Source: Cetorhinus maximus (lineage: Eukaryota). Taken from it: a stretch of 64,000 nucleotides of DNA. Below are positions 22,326 through 34,723 of the stretch, piece after piece; position 1 is the stretch's first letter; each line of letters begins with the position of its first letter. Below the pieces are notes generated by a model. The model was not told the DNA's origin. It saw only the letters and a list, made by a program, of their open reading frames with translations, and made no database searches. The translations under genes were made by a program, and so were the position numbers. The stretch lies in assembly GCF_964194155.1 (NCBI RefSeq), contig NC_135892.1, forward strand, positions 79,174,001-79,238,000. Reading direction: 5' to 3'.

Positions 22326-23568
22326 CATAAAAGCAAAATACTGCGGATGTTGGAAATCTGAAACAAAAACAAAAATAGCTGGAAAAACTCAGCAGGTCTG
22401 ACAGCATCTGCAGAGAGTAATACAGTTAATGTTTCGAGTCCGTATGATTCTTCATCAGAACTAAGGAAATATAGAAATGAGGTGAAATATAAACTAGTTG
22501 AGAGGGGTACGACAGGTAGAGCTGGATAGAGAGCCAGTGATAAGTGGAGGCAAAGAAGAGATTGCCAAAGATGTCATAGACAAAAGGGTGTTGACGTTGG
22601 TGATATTAGCTAAGGAATGTGCTAATGGTGACATTAAGGGTAGAGAACAGGACGAGCAAGTGACAGATTACCCTAGTGGGGGTGGGGTAGGGGGGGGAAG
22701 GGATTGAAATAGGCTAAAATGTGGAGATAAAACAATGGATGAAAATAAATTTTAAAATAATGGAAAGGGGTAGGAAAAGAAAAATATATTAAAAAAAATT
22801 ATAAATTATTGGAAAAGGGGGGATCGGAAAGGGGGTGGGGATGGAGGAGAGAGTTCATGATCTGAAGTTGTTGAACTCAATGTTAAGTCCGGAAGGCTGT
22901 AAAGTGCCTAGTCGAAAGATGAGGTGCTGTTCCTCCAGTTTGCGTTGAGCTTCACTGGAACATTACAGCAGGTCAAGGATGTCCGTGTGGGCATGAGAGC
23001 AGGGTGATGTGTTGAAATGGCAAGCGACAGGGAGGTCTGGGTTATGCTTGCGGATAGACCGAAGGTGTTCTGCAAAGCGGTCACCCAGTTTGCGTTTGGT
23101 CTCTCCAATGTAGAGGAGACCGCATTGGGAGCAGCGAATGCAGTAGACTAAATTGAGGGAAGTGCAAGTGAAGTGCTGCTTCACTTGAAAGGAGTGTTTG
23201 GGCCCTTGGATGGTGAGGAGGGGGGTAAGTAAAGGGGCAGGTGTTGCACCTTCTGCGGTTGCATGGGAAGGTGCCATGGGAGTGGGTTGAGGTGTAGGGG
23301 GTGATGGAGGAGTGGACCAGGGTGTCCTGGAGGGAATGATCCCTGCGGAATGCTGCCTGGGTGGGTGAAGGGAAGATGTGTTTGGTGGTGGCGTCATGCT
23401 GGATTTGGCAGAAATGGCGGAGAATAATCCTTTGAATGTGGAGGCTGGTGGGGTGATAAGTGAGGACAAGGGGGACCCATTCATGGTGCTGGGAGGGAGA
23501 GGAAGGTGTGAGGGCGGATGCGCGGGAGATGGGCTGGACACGGTTGTGGGCCCTGTCAACCACTGTGG
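22326..23568 (-). mobile_element. Penelope-like element, 5'-truncated, no inverted arm
   Basis: Minus-strand NLVYCIRCSQCGLLYIGETKRKLGDRFAEH with one frameshift. Complete 3' end ATAAAAGCAAAATACTGCGGATG on the + strand. Confidence 0.9.
22424..22462 (-). ncRNA. Minimal hammerhead ribozyme motif with canonical CUGAUGA/GAAA core
   Basis: Minus strand AGTT-CTGATGA-A-GAATC-ATACG-GACTC-GAAAC-ATT-AACT. One stem II mismatch and a CpG-type change in helix III. Confidence 0.68.
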
Positions 23569-24022
23569 GTTAAATAGTTATTCTCTGAAAATTGTAGTTC
23601 AATTTCAATTTCTGGTTGCAGGGATAAGTTGGAATGCTAGATCCCTGAATTAATAACTAAAAGACTGAGACATACCATTTTCAGATTGGGGTCTTAAAAT
23701 TTGGAAAAGATTTATTGTTGACATCCTGGATCAATCAGGAAAAGGTTTATAGATCACATGAAGGAGGGTTGTGGCCTTAATCATCAGATGTATAATTTCT
23801 AGTCCATGCCCAGATACTTCACTGGTAAGACTGAAAAAAACTCTGTAACACTAAAGCCAGTTGAAGAATAATTTATGTCAAGTGATGCTTGTATTCTAGG
23901 ACAACTTCAGCCTCTAAAAAGGGCTGAAATAAAATCATGCCATATCTCAAAACACAGAGATATCCATACTAACAAAAGATTAATTTTTACTTATTAAAGA
24001 TACAGATTTTAAACATGCCTGG

Positions 24023-24743
24023 GCACAGATAATGTGTACTATATCTTGCTTAGTGAAAATTATAAGATTGTTACTATATCTCTTTTCTAAACACTAGATT
24101 TAACACTAAACATAAAAAGGTTACCTGAATTGCTCTTTCAAGAAAACAAGTTTTGTTCCATACACTAATTCTTCAGCATAGCATGCCATTGTGATTATCA
24201 ATTCCTAACTAAATTGTGGTGCACCTTTTGCTCTAAATGTAAGTTTAGTACAAATAAACCTGAAAGTATTTGATTGACCAGGAAATGGAAACAATTTCAC
24301 TTTTTCCATGTATTGTCAATAATAAAGTGGATATTCTCTGCAACAATTATTGTAGTTTCCCTAGGTTATCCTTAGATTAAAAATCAAATTCTATGTTATA
24401 ATCAAAACACTGAGCCCATTGTACTTTCTATGGATGTTGGTGTCCCGGAAATCGTACAAGTATGTTGTTATTCTTCCAGAAATTCCTGTACCGCCGAGGG
24501 TAGATTGGATAACTGAGCACAGATAATGTGTACTATACCTTGCTTAAGACATAAGAACTAGGAGCAGGGGTAGGCAATTCAGCCCTTCGAGCCTGCCCCG
24601 CCATTCAATACGAACATGGCTGATCTCATTTCGGCCTGAAAATTATAAGATGTTACTATATCTCTTTTCTAAACACTAAATTTAATACTGCACATAAACA
24701 AAGTTATCAGAATTGCTCTTTCAATAAAACAAGTTTTGTTCCA
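24023..24743 (+). repeat. Local ~138-bp direct duplication (24023-24160 and 24517-24743); second copy carries a 90-bp CR1 3' tail (24547-24636)
   Basis: GCACAGATAATGTGTACTATA...AAAACAAGTTTTGTTCCA occurs twice. The insert ACATAAGAACTAGGAGCAGG...ATGGCTGATC is a reverse-strand CR1 end. Confidence 0.85.
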
Positions 24744-25689
24744 CCACAACTCTTGCATGTTTCTTAAAGTGAACAAATTATGAAATAGAATATACAGTAC
24801 CTTTGAGTGATGTTTATATGCATCAGAACAAATATATTTGTTTACAACCAAACATTTACAGCAAGAAGAATACTTATCAACTTTATTCATAATACGTGGT
24901 TATTGTATATAAATAAATCTCATTCGCGTACAAAATATAACAGCAAGGGGGTGGACTCGAGTATAATTGAAAGAGCAACATTTTGAACTTAATTTCAACT
25001 GCATGGAGAAGTACTTCAAGGTTCTTAGAATCAATACAGTACTATGCATGAACAAATATTCATCTCACTCTAAAATCTCACCGTGTAAAATATAAATGTT
25101 TTCTCTCCGGTCACTAAACGTAAACAATTTATTCTCGTTTTAAAGAAATAGGTCTGTCCACAGAAAAGGAAATCAACAGTCACAGATTGTTGTAGAAGTT
25201 GGTGCGTTTTCCAGATGCTTAAACAAATTAAAATAGCGCCGCTGAATTAGTCCTATCCCAAGTTTTTTTTGTCCAGTTTACGTTACAGCGTCGGCCGTGC
25301 CAAGCAACTATTCAGTGGATTTCAATACTATTGTTCAGTAAAGAGAATCAAATCAGAGAGCGTGTCAGGACGTAAACATCGGGGTTTCAATGGTAAAGGA
25401 TATTTCTGAAACCGACAGTGTAACAACTATTAAACGGGGGGTTTTTAATGTCAAAATGAAATACAGAAAACGAAGTATTCTATACTCCCTCGTGTACTAG
25501 GTCGTACACCACTGTTAGAGAGTTCAGCATTTCCAATGTTCCACATCAAAAAGTTCAGACAAAATTTGCGTCCCTCTTATGTGAGCATGGAGATAAGGTG
25601 AAAAGATTGTTACTGCAGATTTTTTAAAAAGCTATTTCGATAAAAGATCGGGTCTCATTCAAGATATAAAACATGAACAAGTCACGAAA

Positions 25690-28650
25690 GCAGTGAAGCT
25701 CCACCGGACTGGGTCACATCAGCTGCTTCTCTACCCACCGCCTCCCTTGGCCAAGGGGACTGAATACTGGCCAATGAGCGTGGCGCTTTGAGGGGGCGGA
25801 GCGTCCGCCGTAGACCAATGGGATGCGACGGGTGGTTGCGGTACGCGCGTTTGTTTGTTCAGGGCAAGGACCCCGGCCCATGCGCCGCGCTTCGCGTGGT
25901 TAGAAAGAGGGGAGGGGGGTAATTTCTCGGAACCATTTCATTTCACTTTTCTTACAAATGTTCAGGAAACATGGCCTTTTTAAAAAAATAATAAAATAAA
26001 TATATCTACATCATCTGAGGGCAGCTGAGACTTAAATCTTAAAACCGTGTCAGATATTTGCCCTTTCAAATCGCTTGTGTCATGTGATCCTGGGACCCAC
26101 CAACAACACAATTCCATTAAATCCCAATAATAAAATATTTAAATTTTTAAAAAATCAATTTTGGCTGTTCTTTCGTGGAGCAAGTAGAGAGTGTGAAAGA
26201 AACGCCACGTAACCCGTCGCCTTTTTTTTTGAAAAAAAAGATAATTTTTACCCACAATGAAGGTGCTATTCAACGAAACACAAAACTCGTTTTTTTTTCT
26301 CTTTTTAAAAAAAGGGGTAAACAATGACCGTCCTCGCACTTTTTAAAAGAAGTTTCAAACATTTCCCCTCCTTTCCCCCCCCCCCCCACCAATCAGGAAA
26401 AAAAGACACATGTGAAACAAGCAAGTTCAAACAAAATTGAAAGCGGGGAGTTTTTAAAAAAATAGAAAGACGGTGTTTTTTTATATTAAAAAATCAACGT
26501 GTAGTTTATTGTATATAAAAATATGTTTTTTTTTCCTTACAGGAAAATGCCCTGAACAGCTCTTACTTTTCAATGTGTGTTGAGTTGGATTTTTTTTTGT
26601 TCTTGGTCATCTCGCCCCTGATTTGATGGCGAGGAAACCCCGTTGACAAGGCACGCTTCATGACGGTGAGTTCCTTCAGTGTATTATAATTTTGTGATAA
26701 AATTTTCAAGGGAAAAAAACAACTCCTTCGGGGAGGGGGGGGTGGAAAGAAAGAAAAAAAATAGGGTCTAAGGGAAAATATTCTTTCGGCTTGAAAAAAA
26801 AAATCACACCCCCCCCCACCCGTCTTTAGGAACAGCAGCAGCAGAAAGCGGAGGGCAAAAATAATCACCCATCAACGACAACAGCACCACCACCAAAAGA
26901 AAAAAAAAAGCTATTTCAGTGGCCACTTTATAAAATATACTCTTCCCCGTCTTCGTTCTCTCTTCTTCCCACCCCCCCCTCCCCTTCCTCTCTCTCCTTT
27001 CATCTGCAGCCTCTCCCCAAACTAAATGAGTCATTGTACAGAGAAAGCTGTTCGAAAATATAGTTTTTCTTTCCGCCCCCGTGATCACGACGAGTTTTTT
27101 TTTCCCCCCACACAAAAAAATAGACCAGGGAGAGGGAGAGAAATAATCGTCCGAGATCCCTCCCTCTTTTTTTCCTGCTTTCTAAGCGGTTTTATCTGGA
27201 GTCACGGGCGGCTGTTTAGCAGCACCATTTGGTAAATTGACCTCACGGGGTTATTTTTCAAAGCGGCGATTCTAGATTCTCCCTGTAGATTCCCCCCCTC
27301 CCCCTCCTCGCCTCAAAAGACGGAGAGAGACCGGGGGTGGGGGAGAGAAGAAAGAAAGATTCCGACCAAAGATGGATGGCTGAAGACCGACTCCGGCAGT
27401 CACTACCGGCGCTTTGGTTTTTCCTTAAAACGCTCAGTTTAAAAAAAATCCTCGGATCTGCCGATTACTAGCGTTACCCAGCAGATGCTCCCTCTCGGCG
27501 GCTTAAAATAAAATAAACCTTAAGCCCGACGCCGGAGAGAGAAAAAAAAAACCTTAAGAAACCGTTTGCTCCGCTCCTCCCGTTCATGGCGATGGGCGGG
27601 ATTGGAGGTCGATCTTTGGTTTTATTTTCAGACTTCTAGTTTCTCTCTTACCCTTCTGATGGCGTTTGACACATTTCCATCTGATTTGAGGGTTTTTGCT
27701 CAAACTTTCTTTTCAAAAAAATGAATGGACGGTTGCTGTTTTCGCAAAACACTGACATTTATTTCCCTCCCTACCTCGTTCAATTATTAAGTCGATTATT
27801 TATTTTTTTTTAAACTGGTTTGACTGCGATTCCGGATAAAAAAAAAATAAAACCGACTAATAATCGCTGCCTTTGTGTCCCGCCATCGGGTTATCAGTTA
27901 GGTGTCGGTGTCCCTTCAGCTTCGCTGCTTTCTTTCCATGTAACGTCTCGCTGGAAATGTTCTTCCTTTAGAGAGAGAGGAAAAAAACATTTTCTTTCCC
28001 TCCTTTATTCGACGCCCAACTAAAGTTGACGGAAAAATTCGATTTTTTTTTTACTTTGTGGAAAATGTTTTAACTGCTGCATCTGTGGGCGGGATTTTGA
28101 AGACATTTTTAGTTCGGTTTCAACCCAGTTTTTTTTTTAAAAAAAGCAACTAAACAAACGGTGACCAGCCTTCGTTTTTTGACTGTTTAAAAACGTTTTT
28201 TCGACGGCGTTCGTTGTTGGGGCAGCTCTTTTTGCCTCTTAATTTTACAGGCCTCTAGGCGTCTCTTTCTTCCCCCTTCCTTTCTCCGTTTAATTGTTTT
28301 CGCCAAAAAGTTATTTTAATAATATTTCTTTCTACTGACCACGTAGGCAATAAATAGCTCAATTTTCGAGTAGGAAACGATGTGGTTGATAACTCGACTA
28401 CGGGAGATGATCATGCTGGCGTTGTGCCAACACTGGTTGCGCAGTTTAAATTCGCTGTAGCGTCGCCATTTTAGCTGCTTGGAGCTACCGAACATTTCAT
28501 TTTTGACATTTTAGATACTAGAATTTCGTTCTATTTGCAAGATCATAATGCGGCCGGATATAAATGTATTTATCTAACAACAAGTCTGGATTATAGTAAC
28601 GTGCACTGTACGAATGATTGCTATAATAAAACATCATGTAAATACTTCTG
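25690..28650 (+). promoter_or_regulatory. CpG-rich island, probable BICRAL promoter region
   Basis: CpG density visibly above the flanks and no recognisable TEs. CCAAT at 25771 and 25815 flank GGGGGCGGA at about 25792. YY1 motif CGCCATTTT at 28464-28472. Lies upstream of the BICRAL coding exons. Confidence 0.7.
26543..26665 (+). other. BICRAL: Candidate 5' non-coding exon of BICRAL (123 nt)
   Basis: Strong acceptor TTTTTTTTTCCTTACAG|G and consensus donor ACG|GTGAGT inside the CpG island. Assignment to BICRAL is inferred from position and strand. Confidence 0.55.
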
Positions 28651-29479
28651 TGTGCTTTTGTTGGAGGGGATCGTAACCATTCAATTTGCTTAAAATTTGA
28701 ATGCATTGAGGTCCCTTAAAGTGTTTCATCCATTGAATTTCGTTCGTTGTAGTTTTGATATTGCTGTGAGTAACATAGCTGGGAATTTCAAGGGGTTCAT
28801 CTAGTGTTCAAGGATTTTGTTAATATGCATTGCAAGCGAAAACAAAAGTTGGTTAGCCAACTAATAATTAATTGGCCTACGTTTGATGCACCAAAATTTT
28901 AGAAGTTGCCGCAAAAACATGGCTGCCAGTATTTCAGAATATATACTAAAATCGCTCTCATGGTTTTATGTATAGATATATACCGATAGATATATTTACA
29001 TAGATATATATTTAATTGTTAAAAGTTTGCTTGATGCACTGAGGTTATGTAAAATCTGGAGCATGAAACAACTGTTCCGTAATTACATACGTTCTTGTAC
29101 TAGAGAAAGAGTCATTATTCGATTAAAATTGTGACATGCTTAAATTGGAAGGAATTCTGGCACATGTTAAGTGTGCAAATGGACAAACGGAGCTGGAGAC
29201 CATAATCCATTTTTTTTGCTGAATAGGCCCATTTTCAGAATTAATGCTCAAATTTAGTGTGCAATTGCAGTGCTCCAAAATATTTTTAAAAAATCACATC
29301 AAATGTTAGCATTTTCAAAAATTATGCAAAGCCACATAATTGTAAATTAAAAGTCATTTATAAATGAGAGATATAAGCTAGCACATAACCAAGTGGGGAT
29401 GCAAAGTTGATTCTACAAGAGGCAAATTTGATAATTAAATTCTCTTTAAGTGGTATAATTGACACAGATCCTTGAACAT

Positions 29480-30650
29480 GTTGTCCTATCCCAAATGCTC
29501 ATCTTTCTTTCAACTCTTATGTTTGAACTTTGATCAGGTTTTCGCCCGCGACACAACACTGAATCGGCCCTTATTAAAGGCATAAGTGACATTCTATGTG
29601 ATTGTGGTACACACCCTCCAGCCTTTGACATGGTTGACCCCACAATCCTTCACCCAATGCCTCTTCGTCCATTGTCCAGGTGCGTGGGACTGCCCTCACC
29701 TGGTTCCATCTTTATTTGCCCAGTCATAGTCAGAGACTCTCCAGTAATGATTTCTCTTCCCACTTCTATACAGTTACCTCTGAAATCCCATATGGATTTA
29801 TTCTTGTCCTTTCCTATTTCTTATTTATGTCTACCCCTTGGTGATAACACCTGAAAAATGTCAAATTTCACATGTATGTTGACATCACCCAGCTCTACCT
29901 CACCACCACCTCTCCAGACCCTTCCACTGCCTTTGTTTTTTCACACTGCTTGTCCGACACCCAGTATTGGACAGGTAAGAGGTTCTCCCAATTGAATATT
30001 ATGAAGTGGCAAGCCATTGCTTTGGTCCACGTCTCAAATCTGTTCCCTAGCCATTGACTCCACCAACACCTTCTGAGTTTGAACCAGACTATCGGCAACC
30101 ACGGCATCCCATTTGACCCTAAGCTGATTATCTGGCCCCATATTCTCTCCCTCATCAAGACCACCTACTTCCACCTTCATAACATCCCCATTCTCAGCTC
30201 TTGCCTCGGCCCATAGGCTGCTCAAACCCTCATCCAGGCCTCATGTCTCCAGACTCTTATCCTAGTGTTTGCTTAGCTGGCCTGCCACTTTCTGTAAACT
30301 CTCGCACCATGTCTTGTTCACCCAGCATCCCTGTGGCCATTGGCAATCATTCCAACAAAGCCTCGAACCTTCTGAGATTCTGGGCTCTTAAGCATATCTG
30401 GTTTCCATCAACCCATGATTGACTGCTGTGCTTACAGCTGCCTAGGCAGTAAATTCTGAGATTCACTCCTTAAACCTCTTAAACCTCTCTGCCTGTGTAC
30501 CTCTTTTAAGATACCTTAAAACCTTTTTCTCACCTGACCTGATACCTTTTTATGTGGCTTGGTGTCAAGTTTGTTTGATCATGTTTCTGTGAAGCAGTGT
30601 GGGACATTTTACTATGGTAAAGGCACTATATAAATGCATGTTGTTGGTAT
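29480..30650 (+). mobile_element. L2-clade LINE RT/3' fragment
   Basis: SGFRP.HNTESAL, AFDMVD and MYVDITQLYL (YADD-derived) remnants, with tail AAAGGCACTATATAAATGCATGTTG. Confidence 0.75.
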
Positions 30651-33613
30651 GACAGATATAAAAAAAGACCTGGCTTCATGTGAACAGCAAAATCTCTTAA
30701 TGATGTGAAAAAGGTGGCAAACATTATTTGAAATGAAACATTCCTTCTGAAACATACACTATGATCCAAGAACAGTGTTACATTCAGTAATCATTAAATA
30801 AAAACACATCATAAATGCATTCTTTTGCTGAAGGATTCAGCCCTGACCATCTGTGGCTTTACCTGTCACATTATAGTATATGCATCATGTTACTCCAACA
30901 GTGTATGCAGTGGTCTCTGAATCTGAATGACAGAAGTTTCAAAGGGCAGGTGGGAGCTAAATCCATCATGTTATAAAATACAACATAGTATTACAATTTG
31001 AAAGTAAAAGCAATGTAATATGGTGCTGACCGGATTGCCACTGATCCTGCTTTATTAGTACCACTGTTTTACAAGCTGCGATCCAGAGGATATGACGTCT
31101 AACTGATAAGAGGTAATGTAAGTCGTTGTGATGATGAAGTTACAAGTGGAATATAAATGATATCCACAGCTTCTCTTGTAGATTTTTTTATTGGAATTGT
31201 TCAGTTACAATTAAAAGGGGAAAAAAAAACACACTTTTTTCATGGTGTGCAGGAGTGCATTTCATAGTGTGTAATATAAACAGAACACATGATTACACAC
31301 ATTAGTTGCATTTGTATCATACTCTAAATAACATTTTTTAAAGCAAGATTGGTAAAATTGATCAGGGGTTACATACATAGCTCCTGTGTCAAAGTACTAA
31401 ATTGCTGAGGATCTTTGTATATTGCAAATGAATTCTTACTGTCATGTGCATGTGTACCATTCTATTATTTAATAAATATTTTAGTTACTCTCCTGTGGTA
31501 TTGATTATAATGAGTCAGGAGGCAAAAGAACAATCTACCATAAAAGGCTACAACCATACACATTGTGGATTATTGAGCCTGGAAGTTGCTGCATATTTGC
31601 ACCTAAAGACATGTGCAATATAAGTGCAAATCAAACATACAGCCTAAAAATTGCAGAATTTTGAGTGTAAATACGTTATATAGTTAAAACAGTACAACCT
31701 CCCCGATTTTTTTTAAAGATTGTTTATTGAACCCTCAGCCAAATGCTTCTCAATAATTATGATCCCATCCCAATTTATAGAACCTTTTAGGCAAGATTCC
31801 TGCAAGTGCACTTACTCATAAGCTCTCTTTGAATTAAGGCCAGATTTTCAGTGGGAAGCAGTAATTTTTCTGGCGGTATATTAAATTTTATTTAGTATTT
31901 TAAAAAATTCTTGTCAATCAATTTTCAGTTTCTTCGATTTTAAATGGCATAGGTATAAATCATATTAAAAATTGAAAAGCTTCCTTGATTGCAGGTTCTT
32001 AAAGTGCTGTCCCTAAGGTTGTGAAAGGTGCCATGTAAATGCAAGTTCCTTTTTCTGTTATGTGGTCTGTTGCAGCTCTAGTTCAAGTATAATAAGGCCT
32101 AGGACGACCAGGGTTGGAAATCAATTATGCTTGCTTGGCAGTTTTATCCCTATTTTTAAAGCCCAGAATACTTGAAGATGGCAGGGAAGATGGTTCCGAT
32201 TGCAAGTAGGTAATGGCATGCAGCGGTAGTAAATGGGTGAGAGGAGTGGGGAGAAATAGTAGTTCTGTCAAATGCTTTGGTGGTTCTAGGATCTGGGAAC
32301 AGTGGGATTACAATGTGGGTGTCAGGAAGTTGCAAGTAGTCAAAGCATTTGAGTGGCCTGAGACTAATGGGAGTGGTGTGTTAGTGTGTGGCAGCAATAG
32401 CTGGTCTGGGTTTGGCAATGCAAGGTACATGGTGAGTCGTAGGAATAGTGGAGAGAGGATCCTGGATTAGTATTGGGATCAGTGAGTACAGGAGTGTTTA
32501 ACAACAATGGTTCGGGGAAGGGTATTACAGGATCTGGAAATACAGGAAGGAGGGTCCTAGTTTTGTGAGTGCTGGAATAGATGTGTGGTCAGATTGGAAT
32601 TGTTGGGATCCTCAAACTCAGGACTGGTGGGAGAGGCAGGGATAGTTTGATAACATGGCGAGTGTACTTAATGTATCCTTGGGCCTATAGTCAACCGTCC
32701 CAGTATTGCTACAACACTGGCATCTGCCCAGGTACATGTTGTCCACAAAAAGCAGGAAAATCCGATCCGACCAATTACTGCCCATCAACTTATTCTCAAT
32801 CATTATGGAAGGGATCATTGACAATGCTACAAAGTGGTATTTACTCACATGCTCACCAGTGCTCGGTTTGGATTTCGCCAGGACTACTCTGCTCTAGTCT
32901 TCGTTACAGTCTTGATCCAAAATGGGCAAGAAAGCTGGATATTGAGGTGAGACTGCCTTTAACTTCAAGGCAGCATTTGATTGAGTATGGCATCATGGAG
33001 CTTTTGTAAAACTGAAGTTGATGTAGTTGGAGAAAACTCCACTGGTTGGAGTCATACTTGGCACAAAGGAATAAGGTAGCAGTTGCCTGAGGCCAATCAC
33101 CTCAGCCCCAAGGCATTGTGGCAGGAGTTCCTCAGGGCAGTGTCTAGGCCCAACTATCTTTAGCTGCTTCATCAATGAACTTCCCTCCGTCATAAGATCA
33201 GTAGTGGGATGTTTGCTAATGATTGCACGGTGTTCAGTTCTATTTGAAACTCCTCTGAAATTGAAGTAGTATGTGCCCACAATCAGCAAGACCTAGACAA
33301 TATTCAGGTTTGGGCTGATAAGTGGTAGGAAACATCTGTGCCACTGTTACGACCATGTGAGGAGGGGTGAAATTATTGTCCTATTCTTCAGTTGCAGGTT
33401 TGACTATAACAGGGTTTTTTTGTGAATTTAGAGAGGATGTGCTTCGCCAGTTCTATAAGTCCTACTATTTATGCTTTCAGGTTGTAAAGTATTACTCAGA
33501 CAGATTTTCTTAGGTTAAATAAAGAACAGGTTTATTGAAACAACAACACCCATCATCACACACATTCAGTTGGAAAAACTCAGCAGGTCTGACAGCATCT
33601 GCGGAGAGGAATA

Positions 33614-33654
33614 CAGTTAACATTTCGAGTCCGTATGACTCTTCATCAGAACTG
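33614..33654 (-). ncRNA. Minimal hammerhead ribozyme motif, canonical core
   Basis: Minus strand CAGTT-CTGATGA-A-GAGTC-ATACG-GACTC-GAAA-T-GTT-AACTG, with perfect 5-bp stems I and II. Confidence 0.72.
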
Positions 33655-34361
33655 AAGAAAAATAGAAATGAGGTGAAATATAAGCTGGTTGAGGGGGGTG
33701 GGACAGGTAGAGCTGGATAGAGGGCCAGTGATAGGTCGAGGCAAAGAAGAGATTGCCAAAGATGTCATAGACAAAAGGACAAAGGGGTGTTGACGGTGGT
33801 GATATTAGCTAAGAAAGGTGCTAATGGATATTAAGGATAGAAAGCAGGATGAGCAAGTGACAAATAGCCCTAGTGGGGGTGGGGTCAGGGGAAAGGATTG
33901 AAATAGGCTAAAAGGTGGAGATGAAACAATAGATGGGAATACATTTAAAAATAATGGAAATAGGAGGAAAAAGAAAAATATGTTTAAAAAATATAAATAA
34001 TTAGAAAAAGGGGGATCAGAAAGGGGGATGGGATGGAGGAGAGAGTTCATGACCTATTTCCATTATTTTTAAATGTATTCCCATCTATTGTTTCGTCTCC
34101 ACCTTTTAGCCTATTTCAATCCCTTCTCCCCACCCCATCCCCATTAGGGCTATCTGTCACTTGCTCCTCCTGCTTTCTACCCTTAATGTCACCATTAGCA
34201 CCTTTCTTAGCTAATATCACCACCGTCAACACCCCTTTGTCCTTTTGTCTATGACATCTTTGGCAATCTCTTTGCCTCCACCTATCACTGGCCCTCTATC
34301 CAGCTCTATCTGTCCCACCCCCCTCAATCAGCTTATATTTCACCTCATTTCTATTTTTCTT

Positions 34362-34402
34362 CAGTTTTGATGAAGAGTCATACGGACTCGAAACGTTAAC
34401 TG
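34362..34402 (+). ncRNA. Minimal hammerhead ribozyme motif, C3U variant
   Basis: CAGTT-TTGATGA-A-GAGTC-ATACG-GACTC-GAAAC-GTT-AACTG. Confidence 0.65.
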
Positions 34403-34723
34403 TATTCCTCTCCTCAGATGCTGTCAGACCTGCTGAGTTTTTCCAGCTATTTTTACTTTTGTTTCAGATTTCCAGCATCCGCAGTATTTTGCTTTTATCA
34501 CACACATTCATCTGGGCCCACACACACGGTACAAATGGCATAGTAAGAGGATAGGCATACAGCATTTTTACAGTTCATGAAAAATAAAACAAAAGAGTAT
34601 ACGGTTAGCTGTTCCTTTGCTGGTCTCGATGTGGTGGTTCCACGTTGCGGCCGGCTTGTTCAGCTGCGTTCCTGGATATAGTTGTATGGAGCAGTTTTCT
34701 AATTTTTTACCGAAAAGACATCA

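Larger units (their letters stand above)
33569..34496. mobile_element. Non-coding palindromic PLE derivative (two inverted terminal repeats, no endonuclease/RT ORF)
   Basis: About 33571-33963 is the reverse complement of about 34053-34446. 14-bp TSD ATCACACACATTCA at 33555-33568 and 34497-34510. Confidence 0.9.

Noticed and set aside
26563-27235. ORFs within the CpG island
   Set aside because: These are low-complexity translations of homopolymer tracts (poly-F/K/P/G) with no coding signature.
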